From positions 116,871 through 180,870 of the forward strand of contig JBDRCT010000031.1 in NCBI GenBank assembly GCA_043821445.1: 64,000 bases of DNA. Reading direction: 5' to 3'. This DNA comes from Candidatus Omnitrophota bacterium (GTDB taxonomy: Bacteria; Omnitrophota; Omnitrophia; Omnitrophales; Aquincolibacteriaceae). This document shows positions 1 through 10,755 of this stretch, piece by piece; position 1 is the stretch's first letter; each line of letters begins with the position of its first letter. Position numbers and translations under genes: made by a program. The notes below the pieces were generated by a model. It worked only from the letters and a program-made list of their open reading frames with translations, was not told where the DNA came from and did no database searches.

Positions 1-59
1 TGGACCAGGTCCGGAACGAGAAGGTCATTAAATTTTTAAAGCAGCACGCCAAAAAATAG
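1..59 (+). CDS. tig: Trigger factor, C-terminal fragment (truncated by window edge)
   Basis: Manual translation from nt 3: DQVRNEKVIKFLKQHAKK*; resembles the trigger-factor C-terminal helix and lies directly upstream of clpP (tig-clpP synteny). Confidence 0.7.
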   Translation, partial: DQVRNEKVIKFLKQHAKK

Positions 60-120
60 CGTAGAGCGTAGAGCGAATAGTATAAGCTTTTCTATTTTCT
101 CTGCACTGTACGCTCCACGC
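59..120. repeat. Inverted 7-mer microsatellite hairpin
   Basis: GCGTAGA GCGTAGA GCGAATA (59-79) and the inverted units TCTGCAC TGTACGC TCCACGC (100-120). Confidence 0.75.
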
Positions 121-138
121 CGATAACGGAGGTTGGAT

Positions 139-741
139 ATGAGCTATTTGGTCCCGATGGTAATTGAGACAACCGGAAAAGGGGAGCGGGCGTACGATAT
201 TTACTCCCGTCTTCTTAAAGACCGCATTGTTTTTATTGGAACGCCGATCGATGACGTCATCGCCAATCTTATTATCGCCCAGATCCTCTTCCTTAATATG
301 GAAGAGCCGGGCAAGGATATCAACATCTACATCAATTCTCCCGGAGGGTCTGTGACCGCGGGCCTTGCGATCTACGACACCATGCGCTTCGTGAAATGCG
401 ACGTCGCGACCTACTGCCTTGGACAAGCGGCCAGCATGGGTTCCCTGCTTCTTGCGGCCGGCACCAAGGGAAAACGATACTCTTTGCCGAATGCCCGCGT
501 GATGATCCATCAACCCTGGGGCGGCACGCAAGGGACGGCTTCTGACATCCACATCCAGGCCAAGGAGATCCTGCAACTCAAAGAACAACTAAATCAGATC
601 CTTGTCCGTCACACCGGACAATCGCTCGAACGGATCGAGAAGGACACGGATCGGGATTATTTCATGTCCGCCGAAGAAGCCAAGAACTATGGTATTGTCG
701 ACGCAGTGATCACAACCCGCACGGAGGTTCAAAAATCATGA
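139..741 (+). CDS. clpP: ATP-dependent Clp protease proteolytic subunit
   Basis: [27 protein letters not shown] (catalytic Ser), [13 protein letters not shown]; RBS GGAGGT at 128-133 favours ATG 139. Confidence 0.98.
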   Translation: MSYLVPMVIETTGKGERAYDIYSRLLKDRIVFIGTPIDDVIANLIIAQILFLNMEEPGKDINIYINSPGGSVTAGLAIYDTMRFVKCDVATYCLGQAASMGSLLLAAGTKGKRYSLPNARVMIHQPWGGTQGTASDIHIQAKEILQLKEQLNQILVRHTGQSLERIEKDTDRDYFMSAEEAKNYGIVDAVITTRTEVQKS

Positions 742-1856
742 CGAAGCCCACGATCCTTTTAACTCCCGGTCCCACTCCCGTTCCCGAAGTCACACGCCAG
801 CTGATGGCAGAGCCGATCTTTCACCACCGCACGCCGCGGTACCGCAAGATCTTCGGGGATGTTTCCGAACGCCTGAAAAAAGTGTTCCTGACGGAAAACC
901 CTGTTTACACCTTTGCCGGCTCAGGGAGCCTGGCGATGGAAGCGGCTCTGGTTAATTCCCACTCTGCGGGGGACAAAGTTCTCGTGGTGGAGAACGGGAA
1001 ATTCGCCGAGCGCTTTACACTCATCGCGAAGGCGTTCGGGCTTAATCCGATCAGCCTTAAAGTCCCGTACGGAGAGGCCCCCGACCCGAAGAAGATCGAG
1101 GAGGCGCTTCAAAAGGACCCGGATATCAAGGCCGTTTGTGTCCAACTTTGTGAAACTTCGACCGCGGTCTTAAGCAATGTCAAAGCGATCGGTGAGATCG
1201 TGGCGAAAACAAACGCACTCCTGATCGTGGACGCCATTTCAGGCCTTGGAGCCGATCGCCTTGAGACGGACCAGTGGCACGTGGATCTTGTGGTCGCCGG
1301 TTCGCAGAAGGCGCTGATGCTCCCTCCGGGGCTTGCGTTCCTGAGTGTGAGTGAAAAGGCAAAAGCGCGTATGGCGACCGCCAAGTTGCCGCGCTTTTAT
1401 TACGATCTCAAACATTATGAAAAATCCCTAAAGGACAGCGATACGCCTTGGACACCGGCACTGACCCTGGTGATCGGGCTTCAGAAGTCGCTCGACCTGA
1501 TCGAACAGGAAGGGATCGAAAATGTTTTCAAGCGTTGTGCCGCGAACGCCGTTTTTACGCGCGAATCGCTCCAAAAAATGGGTTTGAAGCTTTTTTCCAA
1601 GGCACCCTCATCGACCGTGACGGCTGCCTGGTTACCCGAAGGGGTCGATGGCGAAAAGCTCTGTCAGGTGATGCGCGACGAAAAAGGGGTCGCGATGGCA
1701 GGCGGGCAGGGCGACCAGATGAAAGGGAAGGTCGTCCGCATTTGTCACATGGGCGCGATCACGAAGCAAGACATTGAAACCGGGCTCAAAGTCCTCGGCG
1801 AGACTCTTAAAGAGATGAAGACCGTCTCGAGTTCTTCCTGTTGCTGTTGTCAGTAA
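738..1856 (+). CDS. Class V PLP aminotransferase (alanine-glyoxylate/serine-pyruvate family)
   Basis: [29 protein letters not shown] (PLP Lys), TPWTP, RICHMG; ATGA overlap with clpP. Confidence 0.93.
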   Translation: MTKPTILLTPGPTPVPEVTRQLMAEPIFHHRTPRYRKIFGDVSERLKKVFLTENPVYTFAGSGSLAMEAALVNSHSAGDKVLVVENGKFAERFTLIAKAFGLNPISLKVPYGEAPDPKKIEEALQKDPDIKAVCVQLCETSTAVLSNVKAIGEIVAKTNALLIVDAISGLGADRLETDQWHVDLVVAGSQKALMLPPGLAFLSVSEKAKARMATAKLPRFYYDLKHYEKSLKDSDTPWTPALTLVIGLQKSLDLIEQEGIENVFKRCAANAVFTRESLQKMGLKLFSKAPSSTVTAAWLPEGVDGEKLCQVMRDEKGVAMAGGQGDQMKGKVVRICHMGAITKQDIETGLKVLGETLKEMKTVSSSSCCCCQ

Positions 1857-1907
1857 CAGAAGGATACGAACCATTCGAGCGCTCATTTCAAAAGAGGAGA
1901 TTTCAAA

Positions 1908-3494
1908 ATGAAGATACTTGTTTCAGATTCGTTGGGCCAAGGCGGGATGGACATCCTCCGCAAAGAGAAGAACATCCAGGTGGACGAGAAGGTCGGGCTC
2001 AAACCCGAGGAACTCAAGAAGATCATCGGGGAATATGACGCGATCCTCATTCGCAGTGCCACGAAATTGACGGCGGATATCATCGAAGCGGGCAAGAAAC
2101 TCCGCGTGATCGGCCGCGCGGGTGTGGGCGTGGATAATGTGGACCTTGATGCTGCCACCAAGCGCGGCATCATCGTCATGAACACCCCCGAAGGGAACAC
2201 TATCTCGACGGCGGAGCTCAGTTTTTCGATGCTCATGGCCCTGGCGCGTAACATTCCGCAAGCCGACGCGCACGTGAAAAAAGGCGAATGGAAGCGCAAC
2301 AAGTTCAAGGGTTCAGAGTTAAACGGTAAGACGCTCGGGATCGTGGGATTCGGCCGCATCGGCCGCGAAGTGGCCAAACGCGCCAGCGCCTTCAACATGA
2401 AGGTCATGGTGTTTGACCCCTTTATTTCCAAAGAAAGCGTGAAGCAATATCCGGTGGAATTCGTGGACGTGCCAACGCTCCTCAAGAACGCGGATTTTAT
2501 CACGTTCCATACGCCTCTTACCAAAGAGACCCAGAATCTTCTCAACAGCGAGACCTTCAAGCTTTGCAAGAAGGGCGTCAGGATCGTCAATTGCGCCCGC
2601 GGAGGCATTGTCGATGAAATGGCGCTTGCCGAAGCCATTCAGAGCGGACAAGTGGCCGGCGCCGCATTTGACGTGTTCGTCACGGAGCCGCCCGCGGCGG
2701 ACCATCCGCTTTTGAAGCTTCCCCAATTCATCTGCACGCCGCACCTGGGGGCTGTCACGGAGGAAGCGCAGGAGAATGTGGCGCTTGACGTGGCAAAACA
2801 AGCGATCGATGCCTTGAATGATCGCGCGATCCGCAACGCCGTGAATCTTCCCAATCTCGATCCGGACACGCTCAAAGGTCTCAAGCCCTGGCTTGTGCTC
2901 GCGGAAAAGATCGGCATGCTTTATGCTCAGCTTTTTAGCGGCAGTTTCAAAAAGGTGGAGATCCGTTACGGAGGGGACCCGACGCGTTTCAACGTGGCGC
3001 CGCTCACCATGGCGGTGGTGAAGGGATTGCTCAAACCGATCTGCGGGGATTCCGTGAATTTCATCAATGCGCTAGCGGTTGCCAAAGAGCGGGGGATCGC
3101 GATCGCGGAGAACCGCAGCGACGAAAATGAAGGCTTCGCAAGCTTTATCGACGTTGAAGTGGTCCAGGGCCAGGAAACGCACCGGATCATGGGGACGCTT
3201 TTCAGCAACCAGCCCCGCATCGTCCGTCTCAACGAGTTCATGATCGACGTGGTGCCGGAAGGCTGGGTCCTTTTCGTAAAGAACGACGATCTTCCCGGTG
3301 TGGTCGGGATGATCGGGACCGTGCTCGGCAAGAACGGGGTCAACATCGCGGAGATGTCGCTCGGGCGCGTCGGTAAAGGCAAAAAGGCTTATGCCATGAC
3401 CGCGATCAATACCGACAGTGAAGTGCCCGCCAAAGTCGTGGCATTGATCAAAAAGAACAAGCTCGTGTTAGACGTCAAAGTCGTTAAATTGTAG
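1908..3494 (+). CDS. serA: D-3-phosphoglycerate dehydrogenase (long type, ASB+ACT)
   Basis: GRAGVGVDNVD, GFGRIG, VNCARGG, TPHLGA, C-terminal ACT (DLPGVVG..GVNIAEM). Confidence 0.97.
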   Translation: MKILVSDSLGQGGMDILRKEKNIQVDEKVGLKPEELKKIIGEYDAILIRSATKLTADIIEAGKKLRVIGRAGVGVDNVDLDAATKRGIIVMNTPEGNTISTAELSFSMLMALARNIPQADAHVKKGEWKRNKFKGSELNGKTLGIVGFGRIGREVAKRASAFNMKVMVFDPFISKESVKQYPVEFVDVPTLLKNADFITFHTPLTKETQNLLNSETFKLCKKGVRIVNCARGGIVDEMALAEAIQSGQVAGAAFDVFVTEPPAADHPLLKLPQFICTPHLGAVTEEAQENVALDVAKQAIDALNDRAIRNAVNLPNLDPDTLKGLKPWLVLAEKIGMLYAQLFSGSFKKVEIRYGGDPTRFNVAPLTMAVVKGLLKPICGDSVNFINALAVAKERGIAIAENRSDENEGFASFIDVEVVQGQETHRIMGTLFSNQPRIVRLNEFMIDVVPEGWVLFVKNDDLPGVVGMIGTVLGKNGVNIAEMSLGRVGKGKKAYAMTAINTDSEVPAKVVALIKKNKLVLDVKVVKL

Positions 3495-3513
3495 AAGAGA
3501 AGAAGCACATGAA

Positions 3514-4883
<1,370 letters not shown>

Positions 4884-4978
4884 GATCTTTCATGCCCAAT
4901 CCTCCGTTACCAGAAAATTCAAAGGTTGATTGGACTAGTCCTGGCAGCCTTTTTTTAAAAAACTATTGAGGCCAGGAC

Positions 4979-5722
4979 ATGCCTAACGTGATTCCTCAGC
5001 ATGTTGCAATCATCATGGATGGCAACGGACGCTGGGCCAAGAAGCAAGGCCTTCTGCGCGTTCAGGGACATGAAGTCGGCGTTCAACGCGTCGAAGAGAT
5101 CATCAAAGTCGCGCAGGAAAAAGGGATCCGTTTTTTGACCCTCTATGCTTTTTCCAAAGAAAATTGGCGGCGCCCCAAAGAAGAAATAGAGTTCCTGATG
5201 GGGCTTTTGTCCTCTTATCTGGACAAAAAGATCGAAGTGCTGATCAAGAACAACTGTGTCTTCAATGTGATCGGTGAAACAGGGGACCTTGCCCCAACGT
5301 TGCAAAAAAAACTCAAGCAGGCCGTGGAAGCTTCCAAGCATAATACCGGCCTGGTCGTGACTTTCGCTTTGAGCTATTCCAGCCGCCGCGAGATCTTGCA
5401 GGCCTGTCAAAAGATCGCGGAGCAGGCGGTACGGGGGGCGATTCAGCCTTCCGAGATCACCGAAGAGACCCTTTCCCGCAATCTTTATACGGCGGACATG
5501 CCGGACCCGGAACTTCTGATCCGCACGAGCGGGGAGATGAGGATCAGTAATTTTCTTTTGTGGCAGATCTCTTATGCCGAGCTTTATATCACACAAAAGT
5601 TCTGGCCCGAATTCACCCGTGATGAATTCGAGAAAGCACTTGAGGATTATAAGGGCCGGGAAAGACGCTTCGGCGATACATGCCCCGTTAGAGGCTCGAA
5701 CAACGCGGGTGGCAACCATTAG
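4979..5722 (+). CDS. uppS: Undecaprenyl diphosphate synthase
   Basis: HVAIIMDGNGRWA, FSKENWRRP, LIRTSGEMRISNFLLWQ, RRFG; the last ~12 codons and the stop come from an inserted element. Confidence 0.97.
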   Translation: MPNVIPQHVAIIMDGNGRWAKKQGLLRVQGHEVGVQRVEEIIKVAQEKGIRFLTLYAFSKENWRRPKEEIEFLMGLLSSYLDKKIEVLIKNNCVFNVIGETGDLAPTLQKKLKQAVEASKHNTGLVVTFALSYSSRREILQACQKIAEQAVRGAIQPSEITEETLSRNLYTADMPDPELLIRTSGEMRISNFLLWQISYAELYITQKFWPEFTRDEFEKALEDYKGRERRFGDTCPVRGSNNAGGNH

Positions 5723-5785
5723 TAGCCTTTGGGCCATGACGGGTTTTTCGATTTACTTTTGAATGTATTTAAGCCTCTAACGGGG
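5683..5785. mobile_element. MITE-like element 2 (103 bp) at the uppS 3' end
   Basis: Perfect 15-bp inverted termini GCCCCGTTAGAGGCT (5682-5696) / AGCCTCTAACGGGGC (5772-5786); same terminal motif as element 1, unrelated interior. Confidence 0.75.
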
Positions 5786-5810
5786 CGGGTGCTCCAAAGG
5801 GAGATGTACC

Positions 5811-6608
5811 ATGAACCAGCTCGTAAAGAGAGCTTCGACTTCGGCGGCCTTTATTTTGATGGCGGTCGCCGTGATCTTTTATCTGCCGCATTGGTGCTTT
5901 TTTCTGGCGGTGGAGGCGTTCATCCTCGTGGGGCTCTGGGAATTCTTTTCCCTCGCAGAGCAAAAGGGACTGCTCGTTCACCGGGGATTCGGCCTTGTGT
6001 TCGGAGCACTTTTGCCGGCGTCCGCTTATTTCTCATTGCAGCCCACGAATCTTCTCATGGTTTGCGTCGCGCTTTTTATTTTTCTTTTCAACCGCCGCTC
6101 TCCGGACAAGACCATCACCAGCGTTTCGGTCAGCGTCTTCGGGATCATCTATGTGGCATGGTTCTTTTCTTATCTCATCAAGATCAAGCTTTTACCCGAC
6201 GGAGCGGCCTGGGTGGCTTATACGATCCTGACCGTGAAGGGCGGGGACATGGCCGCGTATTTTATCGGGAAAAAATTCGGGAGAACCAAACTTCTCGAAC
6301 ACGTCAGTCCCAAGAAGTCCATCGAAGGCGCCCTCGGCCAGATGTTCGCGACGATCGCCCTTTCGGTCGGTTCCGTTTTCTACCTTCATGTCTCGCCGAT
6401 TCATCTTCTCATTTTGGGGACTGCGGTCGGGGCGTTGGCGCTCCTGGGTGATCTCGCGGAAAGTCTGATCAAGCGCGACGCGGGTGTTAAAGATTCCGGG
6501 TCGATCCCGGGGCTCGGCGGCATGTTGGATGTGATGGACAGCCTTCTTTTTACCATCCCTGTTATTTATTTTTATCTGACCATGATCCTGGGTCTTGAAA
6601 GATTATGA
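5811..6608 (+). CDS. cdsA: Phosphatidate cytidylyltransferase
   Basis: Hydrophobic; DMAAYFIG, VSPKKSIEG, GDLAESLIKRDAGVKDSG, GGMLDVMDS. Confidence 0.96.
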   Translation: MNQLVKRASTSAAFILMAVAVIFYLPHWCFFLAVEAFILVGLWEFFSLAEQKGLLVHRGFGLVFGALLPASAYFSLQPTNLLMVCVALFIFLFNRRSPDKTITSVSVSVFGIIYVAWFFSYLIKIKLLPDGAAWVAYTILTVKGGDMAAYFIGKKFGRTKLLEHVSPKKSIEGALGQMFATIALSVGSVFYLHVSPIHLLILGTAVGALALLGDLAESLIKRDAGVKDSGSIPGLGGMLDVMDSLLFTIPVIYFYLTMILGLERL

Positions 6609-7807
6609 AACGTCTTTCGATCCTCGGTTCCACGGGTTCAGTGGGCGAGAATACCCTCCGCGTGGTCCGCATCCATCCCGAGCGATTTTCCATCAAAGCC
6701 CTCGCGGTCAAGAAAAACACCGAAAAACTTTACGAGCAAGCTGTAGAATTCCGCCCCGCAGTGGTTTGTATTTATGACCCGCAAGCAGCTCGAAAGGCCG
6801 CTTCCAAGTTTAAACGTCTCGGGATCCGGGTTGTGGCGGGGGATGAAGGGCTCGAGGAGGTCGCGACGCTTGCCGGGGTCCAGGAAGTGATCTGCGCCAT
6901 GGTGGGTGCTGCGGGGCTCAGACCTATTTTTGAGGCCGTACGCGCGAAAAAGACCGTGGCGATCGCGAACAAGGAACCGCTTGTGATGGCGGGACAACTC
7001 CTTCTGGCGTCGGCGGAGAAAGCCGGGGTTCAAGTCCTTCCGATCGACAGCGAGCACTCCGCGCTTTGGCAATGCCTTGAAAAACAGGATCCGGCTTTTG
7101 TCAAAAAACTCATCATCACTTCTTCCGGCGGACCTTTCCGGACGAGGAAGAGATCGCTTGCGAAGATCACGCCGGCGCAGGCGCTCGATCATCCCAAATG
7201 GAAAATGGGTCCCAAGATCACGATCGATTCTGCGACCCTGATGAACAAAGGGCTTGAAGTGATCGAGGCCGCAAACCTTTTTCGTGTGCCGGCCACCAAG
7301 GTCGAAGTCCTGGTTCATCCCGAGGCGATCGTGCACGCGCTTGTGGAGTTCGTGGACGGTTCGCATTTTGCGCATCTTGGGGTAACCGATATGAGGCTTC
7401 CGATCCAATATGCTCTGAGCTATCCCGAGCGGCTGGAGGACCATCTGCCGCATCTTGATCTGGAGCATCTTACGGCGCTTCATTTTGAGAAACCGGACCG
7501 GAAACGTTTCCCGTGCCTGGACCTTGGCTACACCGCAAGCAAGATCGGCGGGACAATGCCGGCCGTTCTGAATGCGGCCAATGAAGTAGCCGTGGAAGCA
7601 TTCCTTACCGGCCGCATCGGATTCCTCGGGATCCCGAAGACGATCGAAAAGACCATGCGCTCGCACCGTCTTGTCCATAAACCGGTTCTGGCCGATATTT
7701 TCGCGGCGGATGCCTGGGCCCGCCTGCAAGCCACTTCTTTGATAAGGAAGACGAGGCTCGCCTGTCCTCGCAAGGCGGCCCGGGAAACCGCTGAGGAACT
7801 TTTATGA
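6605..7807 (+). CDS. dxr: 1-deoxy-D-xylulose 5-phosphate reductoisomerase
   Basis: ILGSTGSVG, ANKEPLV, PIDSEHSA, MGPKITIDSATLMNKGLEVIEA, NAANEVAV. Confidence 0.98.
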   Translation: MKRLSILGSTGSVGENTLRVVRIHPERFSIKALAVKKNTEKLYEQAVEFRPAVVCIYDPQAARKAASKFKRLGIRVVAGDEGLEEVATLAGVQEVICAMVGAAGLRPIFEAVRAKKTVAIANKEPLVMAGQLLLASAEKAGVQVLPIDSEHSALWQCLEKQDPAFVKKLIITSSGGPFRTRKRSLAKITPAQALDHPKWKMGPKITIDSATLMNKGLEVIEAANLFRVPATKVEVLVHPEAIVHALVEFVDGSHFAHLGVTDMRLPIQYALSYPERLEDHLPHLDLEHLTALHFEKPDRKRFPCLDLGYTASKIGGTMPAVLNAANEVAVEAFLTGRIGFLGIPKTIEKTMRSHRLVHKPVLADIFAADAWARLQATSLIRKTRLACPRKAARETAEELL

Positions 7808-8925
7808 ATTCTCTGATCTCGATTTTGCCGGCCCTGATCGTTTTCGGCGTGCTCATTATCGTTCACGAGTTCGGGCATTTTATCGCGTGTCGTTTTTCCA
7901 AGGTCCGTGTTGAGAAATTCTCGATCGGATTCGGGCCGGAGCTTATTCATTGGCAGTCCCAAGAGACGCGGTTTTCCATATCGCTTTTTCCGCTGGGAGG
8001 TTTTGTAAGTCCTGCCGGAGAGGAAGCGTCTAAGGTCGGACCGGAAGGGCCGAAATCAGGGGATTTTCTCGCGGCGTCCGTTCTTTCAAGGATCTTCATA
8101 GTCATTTCCGGCGTGATCATGAATTATGCGTTGGCGTTCGTGGTGTTCTGGGCCGTTTTTATGATGGGGCGTCCCGTGCCGGGGACCGTGGTCGGCGGTT
8201 TTGTGAAGGGATACCCTGCCGAGGCCAGTCTTCTCAAAGTGAATGACAAGATCGTAAAAGTAGATGATAAGGCCGTCCTGAACTGGCAAGACGTTCTGGC
8301 CCGGCTCGATGAAACACCGGGTACGATGATTACATTGAGCGTTGAACGGCCGCATGCGGGTGCGCAGCCGGAGTTTTTAACGGTCCCGATCCGTCCTAAG
8401 ATCGAAGACGCACGGGATCTTTTCGGTAAGACCGTGCGGATGAAGCGCGTGGGGATCATCTCGGATCCCGCAGCATTCGTGTCGGAGCGATACGCCGCCT
8501 TGCCGGCGCTTGCGAAGGCATGGGAGTTCGAGACTTTTTACACGGTGCAGACGCATCGGGCCCTTTTTTATTTGATCACGGGCCAGATCTCTCCGAAAAA
8601 TCTCATGGGGCCGCTTGGGATCATCCAATTAAGCGGACAGGCCGCCAAAGCGGGGATCATGACCCTCTTACAGCTTTTGGCGATCCTGAGCGTATCGCTT
8701 GCGGTGATCAATTTTCTTCCGCTCCCGGCGCTCGATGGAGGGCATCTGGTATTTCTCCTGATCGAACTTGTGACGCGCAGGCGCATCAGCCCGGTGTGGC
8801 AGGAACGGATCACGACGGGCGGGTTCTACCTGCTTATGGCGCTTATGGTGTTCGTGCTCTATAATGACGTTGTCAATCTTTCGATCCTCGAGAAATTAGA
8901 GCACCTTTTTCACTTAACAAAATAA
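7804..8925 (+). CDS. rseP: RseP-like intramembrane metalloprotease (M50) with PDZ domain
   Basis: HEFGH, FSIGFGP, PLGGFV, NFLPLPALDGGH; uppS-cdsA-dxr-rseP-proS synteny. Confidence 0.95.
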   Translation: MNSLISILPALIVFGVLIIVHEFGHFIACRFSKVRVEKFSIGFGPELIHWQSQETRFSISLFPLGGFVSPAGEEASKVGPEGPKSGDFLAASVLSRIFIVISGVIMNYALAFVVFWAVFMMGRPVPGTVVGGFVKGYPAEASLLKVNDKIVKVDDKAVLNWQDVLARLDETPGTMITLSVERPHAGAQPEFLTVPIRPKIEDARDLFGKTVRMKRVGIISDPAAFVSERYAALPALAKAWEFETFYTVQTHRALFYLITGQISPKNLMGPLGIIQLSGQAAKAGIMTLLQLLAILSVSLAVINFLPLPALDGGHLVFLLIELVTRRRISPVWQERITTGGFYLLMALMVFVLYNDVVNLSILEKLEHLFHLTK

Positions 8926-8928
8926 ACA

Positions 8929-8991
8929 GCGCAACGCTCAACGCGCAACGGTCAACAAAAAACGTTGCGCTTTGCGCGTTGTGCGTAGGAC
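8929..8991. repeat. Inverted 7-mer microsatellite hairpin
   Basis: GCGCAAC GCTCAAC GCGCAAC GGTCAAC AAAAAAC GTTGCGC TTTGCGC GTTGTGC GTAGGAC: nine in-phase heptamers, second half inverted. Confidence 0.85.
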
Positions 8992-8997
8992 GATAAA

Positions 8998-10686
8998 ATG
9001 CGTTGGACCCAAACCCTGATCCCCAGTCTCAGAAATATTCCCAAGGATGCCGAAGCCGTCAGCCATCAGCTTGCGCTCCGGGCCGGCCTCATCCGCCAAC
9101 TTTCCTCGGGGGTTTACAGTTACTTGCCGCTGGGTTTCCGTGTCCTTTCCAAGATCATCAAGATCATTCGCGAGGAGATGAACCGGGCCGGGGCTTCGGA
9201 AGTGCTGATGCCCGCTCTTCACCCGGCCGAGATCTGGAAAAAATCCGGCCGCTATGAAACGCTGGGGGACGACAAATTCGCTTTCAAGAACCGTGCGGGA
9301 CATGAGTTCGTGCTGGGACCGACGCATGAGGAGGTCATCACCGATCTTGTGGGCACCAATATCAAATCCTTCCGCGATCTCCCGCTCAATCTCTTTCAGA
9401 TCCAGAATAAATTCCGCGATGAGGCCCGTCCGCGTTTTGGCGTGATCCGCACCAAGGAATTCATCATGAAGGACGCTTACAGCTTTGATGCCGATGAAAA
9501 AGGCCTGGATGCGAACTATCAGAAAATGTTCGGGGCCTATCAGCGGATCTTCACGCGTTGCGGTCTCAAATTCCAGGTCGTGAATGCGGATACGGGCATG
9601 ATGGGCGGCAAGATGAGTCAGGAATTCATGGTGATCTGCCCGTACGGGGAAGACCGTGTCGCGAGCTCCGAGGGCGGCTATCTTGCAAGTCAAGACATTG
9701 CTTCCCGAGGCAATCCCCACTTAAAAACCCCCGTCCCCAAGATCCCAAGACCCGAGCTTTTCGACACGCCGAATCTTCGCACCATCGAAGAGATCTCGCA
9801 CCGTTACAAAGTACCGCCTTCAAACATGATCAAGACGCTTATTTTTATAGCGGATGAAAAGCCAGTCGCGGCACTCGTTACGGGGGACAGCGAAGTCAAT
9901 GAAGGCAAGCTCCGGAAATTGACCGGGGCCAAAGAGCTTCGCCAGGCGGACGGGCACGAGATCTTAGGGGCCACGGGCGCGCCGGTTGGATTTGCGGGTC
10001 CTGTGGGTCTTAAGATCCCGGTTTATGCAGACTGGGATGTTCTCGGACTGGCGGATGCGGTGACGGGCGGGAACCAGAAAGACAAGCATATGAAGGGAGT
10101 GACGATCGGCCGCGATTTTACGGCCACGGTCGCGGGCGACATCCGTTTCGTAAAGGACGGTGATCTCGCTCCGGACGGCAAAAGCAAACTGGCTCTTACG
10201 ACCAGCATGGAGGTCGGCCATGTTTTCAAGCTCGGGACCCGGTATTCGGAATCGATCGGCGCCCATTTCCTGGATGAAAAAGGCGAGCGTAAGCCCGCGA
10301 TCATGGGCTGTTACGGGATCGGTGTGAATCGCATTCTCGCGGCCACGATCGAACAGCATCACGATCTGAAAGGTATCCAGTGGCCCGAGGCCATCGCGCC
10401 GTTCGCGGTGGAGATCATCACGGTCAATCACTCTGATGATAAAGTCCGCGTTGCCGCCGAAAAGATCTATGAGGAGCTCACCCAGGCCGGTCAGGATGTC
10501 CTTTTTGACGACCGGGACGAACGCGCCGGCGTGAAATTCAATGACGCGGACCTGGTCGGTATTCCTACGCAGGTCGTGATCGGCGAACGAAGCCTGAAAG
10601 AGGGCAAGGTCGAGGTCAAGGACCGGCGGACCGGCCAAACCGAACTTGTGCCCATCGATACCATTGTTTCTCGCCTCGATCGGTAA
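8998..10686 (+). CDS. proS: Proline--tRNA ligase (bacterial type with INS editing domain)
   Basis: LGPTHEE, KFRDEARPRFG, MKDAYSFD, EVGHVFKLG, MGCYGIG, DDRDERAGVKF. Confidence 0.98.
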   Translation: MRWTQTLIPSLRNIPKDAEAVSHQLALRAGLIRQLSSGVYSYLPLGFRVLSKIIKIIREEMNRAGASEVLMPALHPAEIWKKSGRYETLGDDKFAFKNRAGHEFVLGPTHEEVITDLVGTNIKSFRDLPLNLFQIQNKFRDEARPRFGVIRTKEFIMKDAYSFDADEKGLDANYQKMFGAYQRIFTRCGLKFQVVNADTGMMGGKMSQEFMVICPYGEDRVASSEGGYLASQDIASRGNPHLKTPVPKIPRPELFDTPNLRTIEEISHRYKVPPSNMIKTLIFIADEKPVAALVTGDSEVNEGKLRKLTGAKELRQADGHEILGATGAPVGFAGPVGLKIPVYADWDVLGLADAVTGGNQKDKHMKGVTIGRDFTATVAGDIRFVKDGDLAPDGKSKLALTTSMEVGHVFKLGTRYSESIGAHFLDEKGERKPAIMGCYGIGVNRILAATIEQHHDLKGIQWPEAIAPFAVEIITVNHSDDKVRVAAEKIYEELTQAGQDVLFDDRDERAGVKFNDADLVGIPTQVVIGERSLKEGKVEVKDRRTGQTELVPIDTIVSRLDR

Positions 10687-10752
10687 GTATTAAAGTGTCA
10701 ACGTATCAAAGTATCAAGGGTTTGACACTCTGATACCCTGATGCTCTGACAC
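10687..10752. repeat. Inverted 8-mer microsatellite hairpin
   Basis: GTATTAAA GTGTCAAC GTATCAAA GTATCAAG gg TTTGACAC TCTGATAC CCTGATGC TCTGACAC; fills the whole proS-dinB gap. Confidence 0.85.
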
Positions 10753-10755
10753 TTT

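Noticed and set aside
119-126. GCCGATAA before clpP as a sigma28 promoter
   Set aside because: No matching -35 element, and it is too close to the RBS
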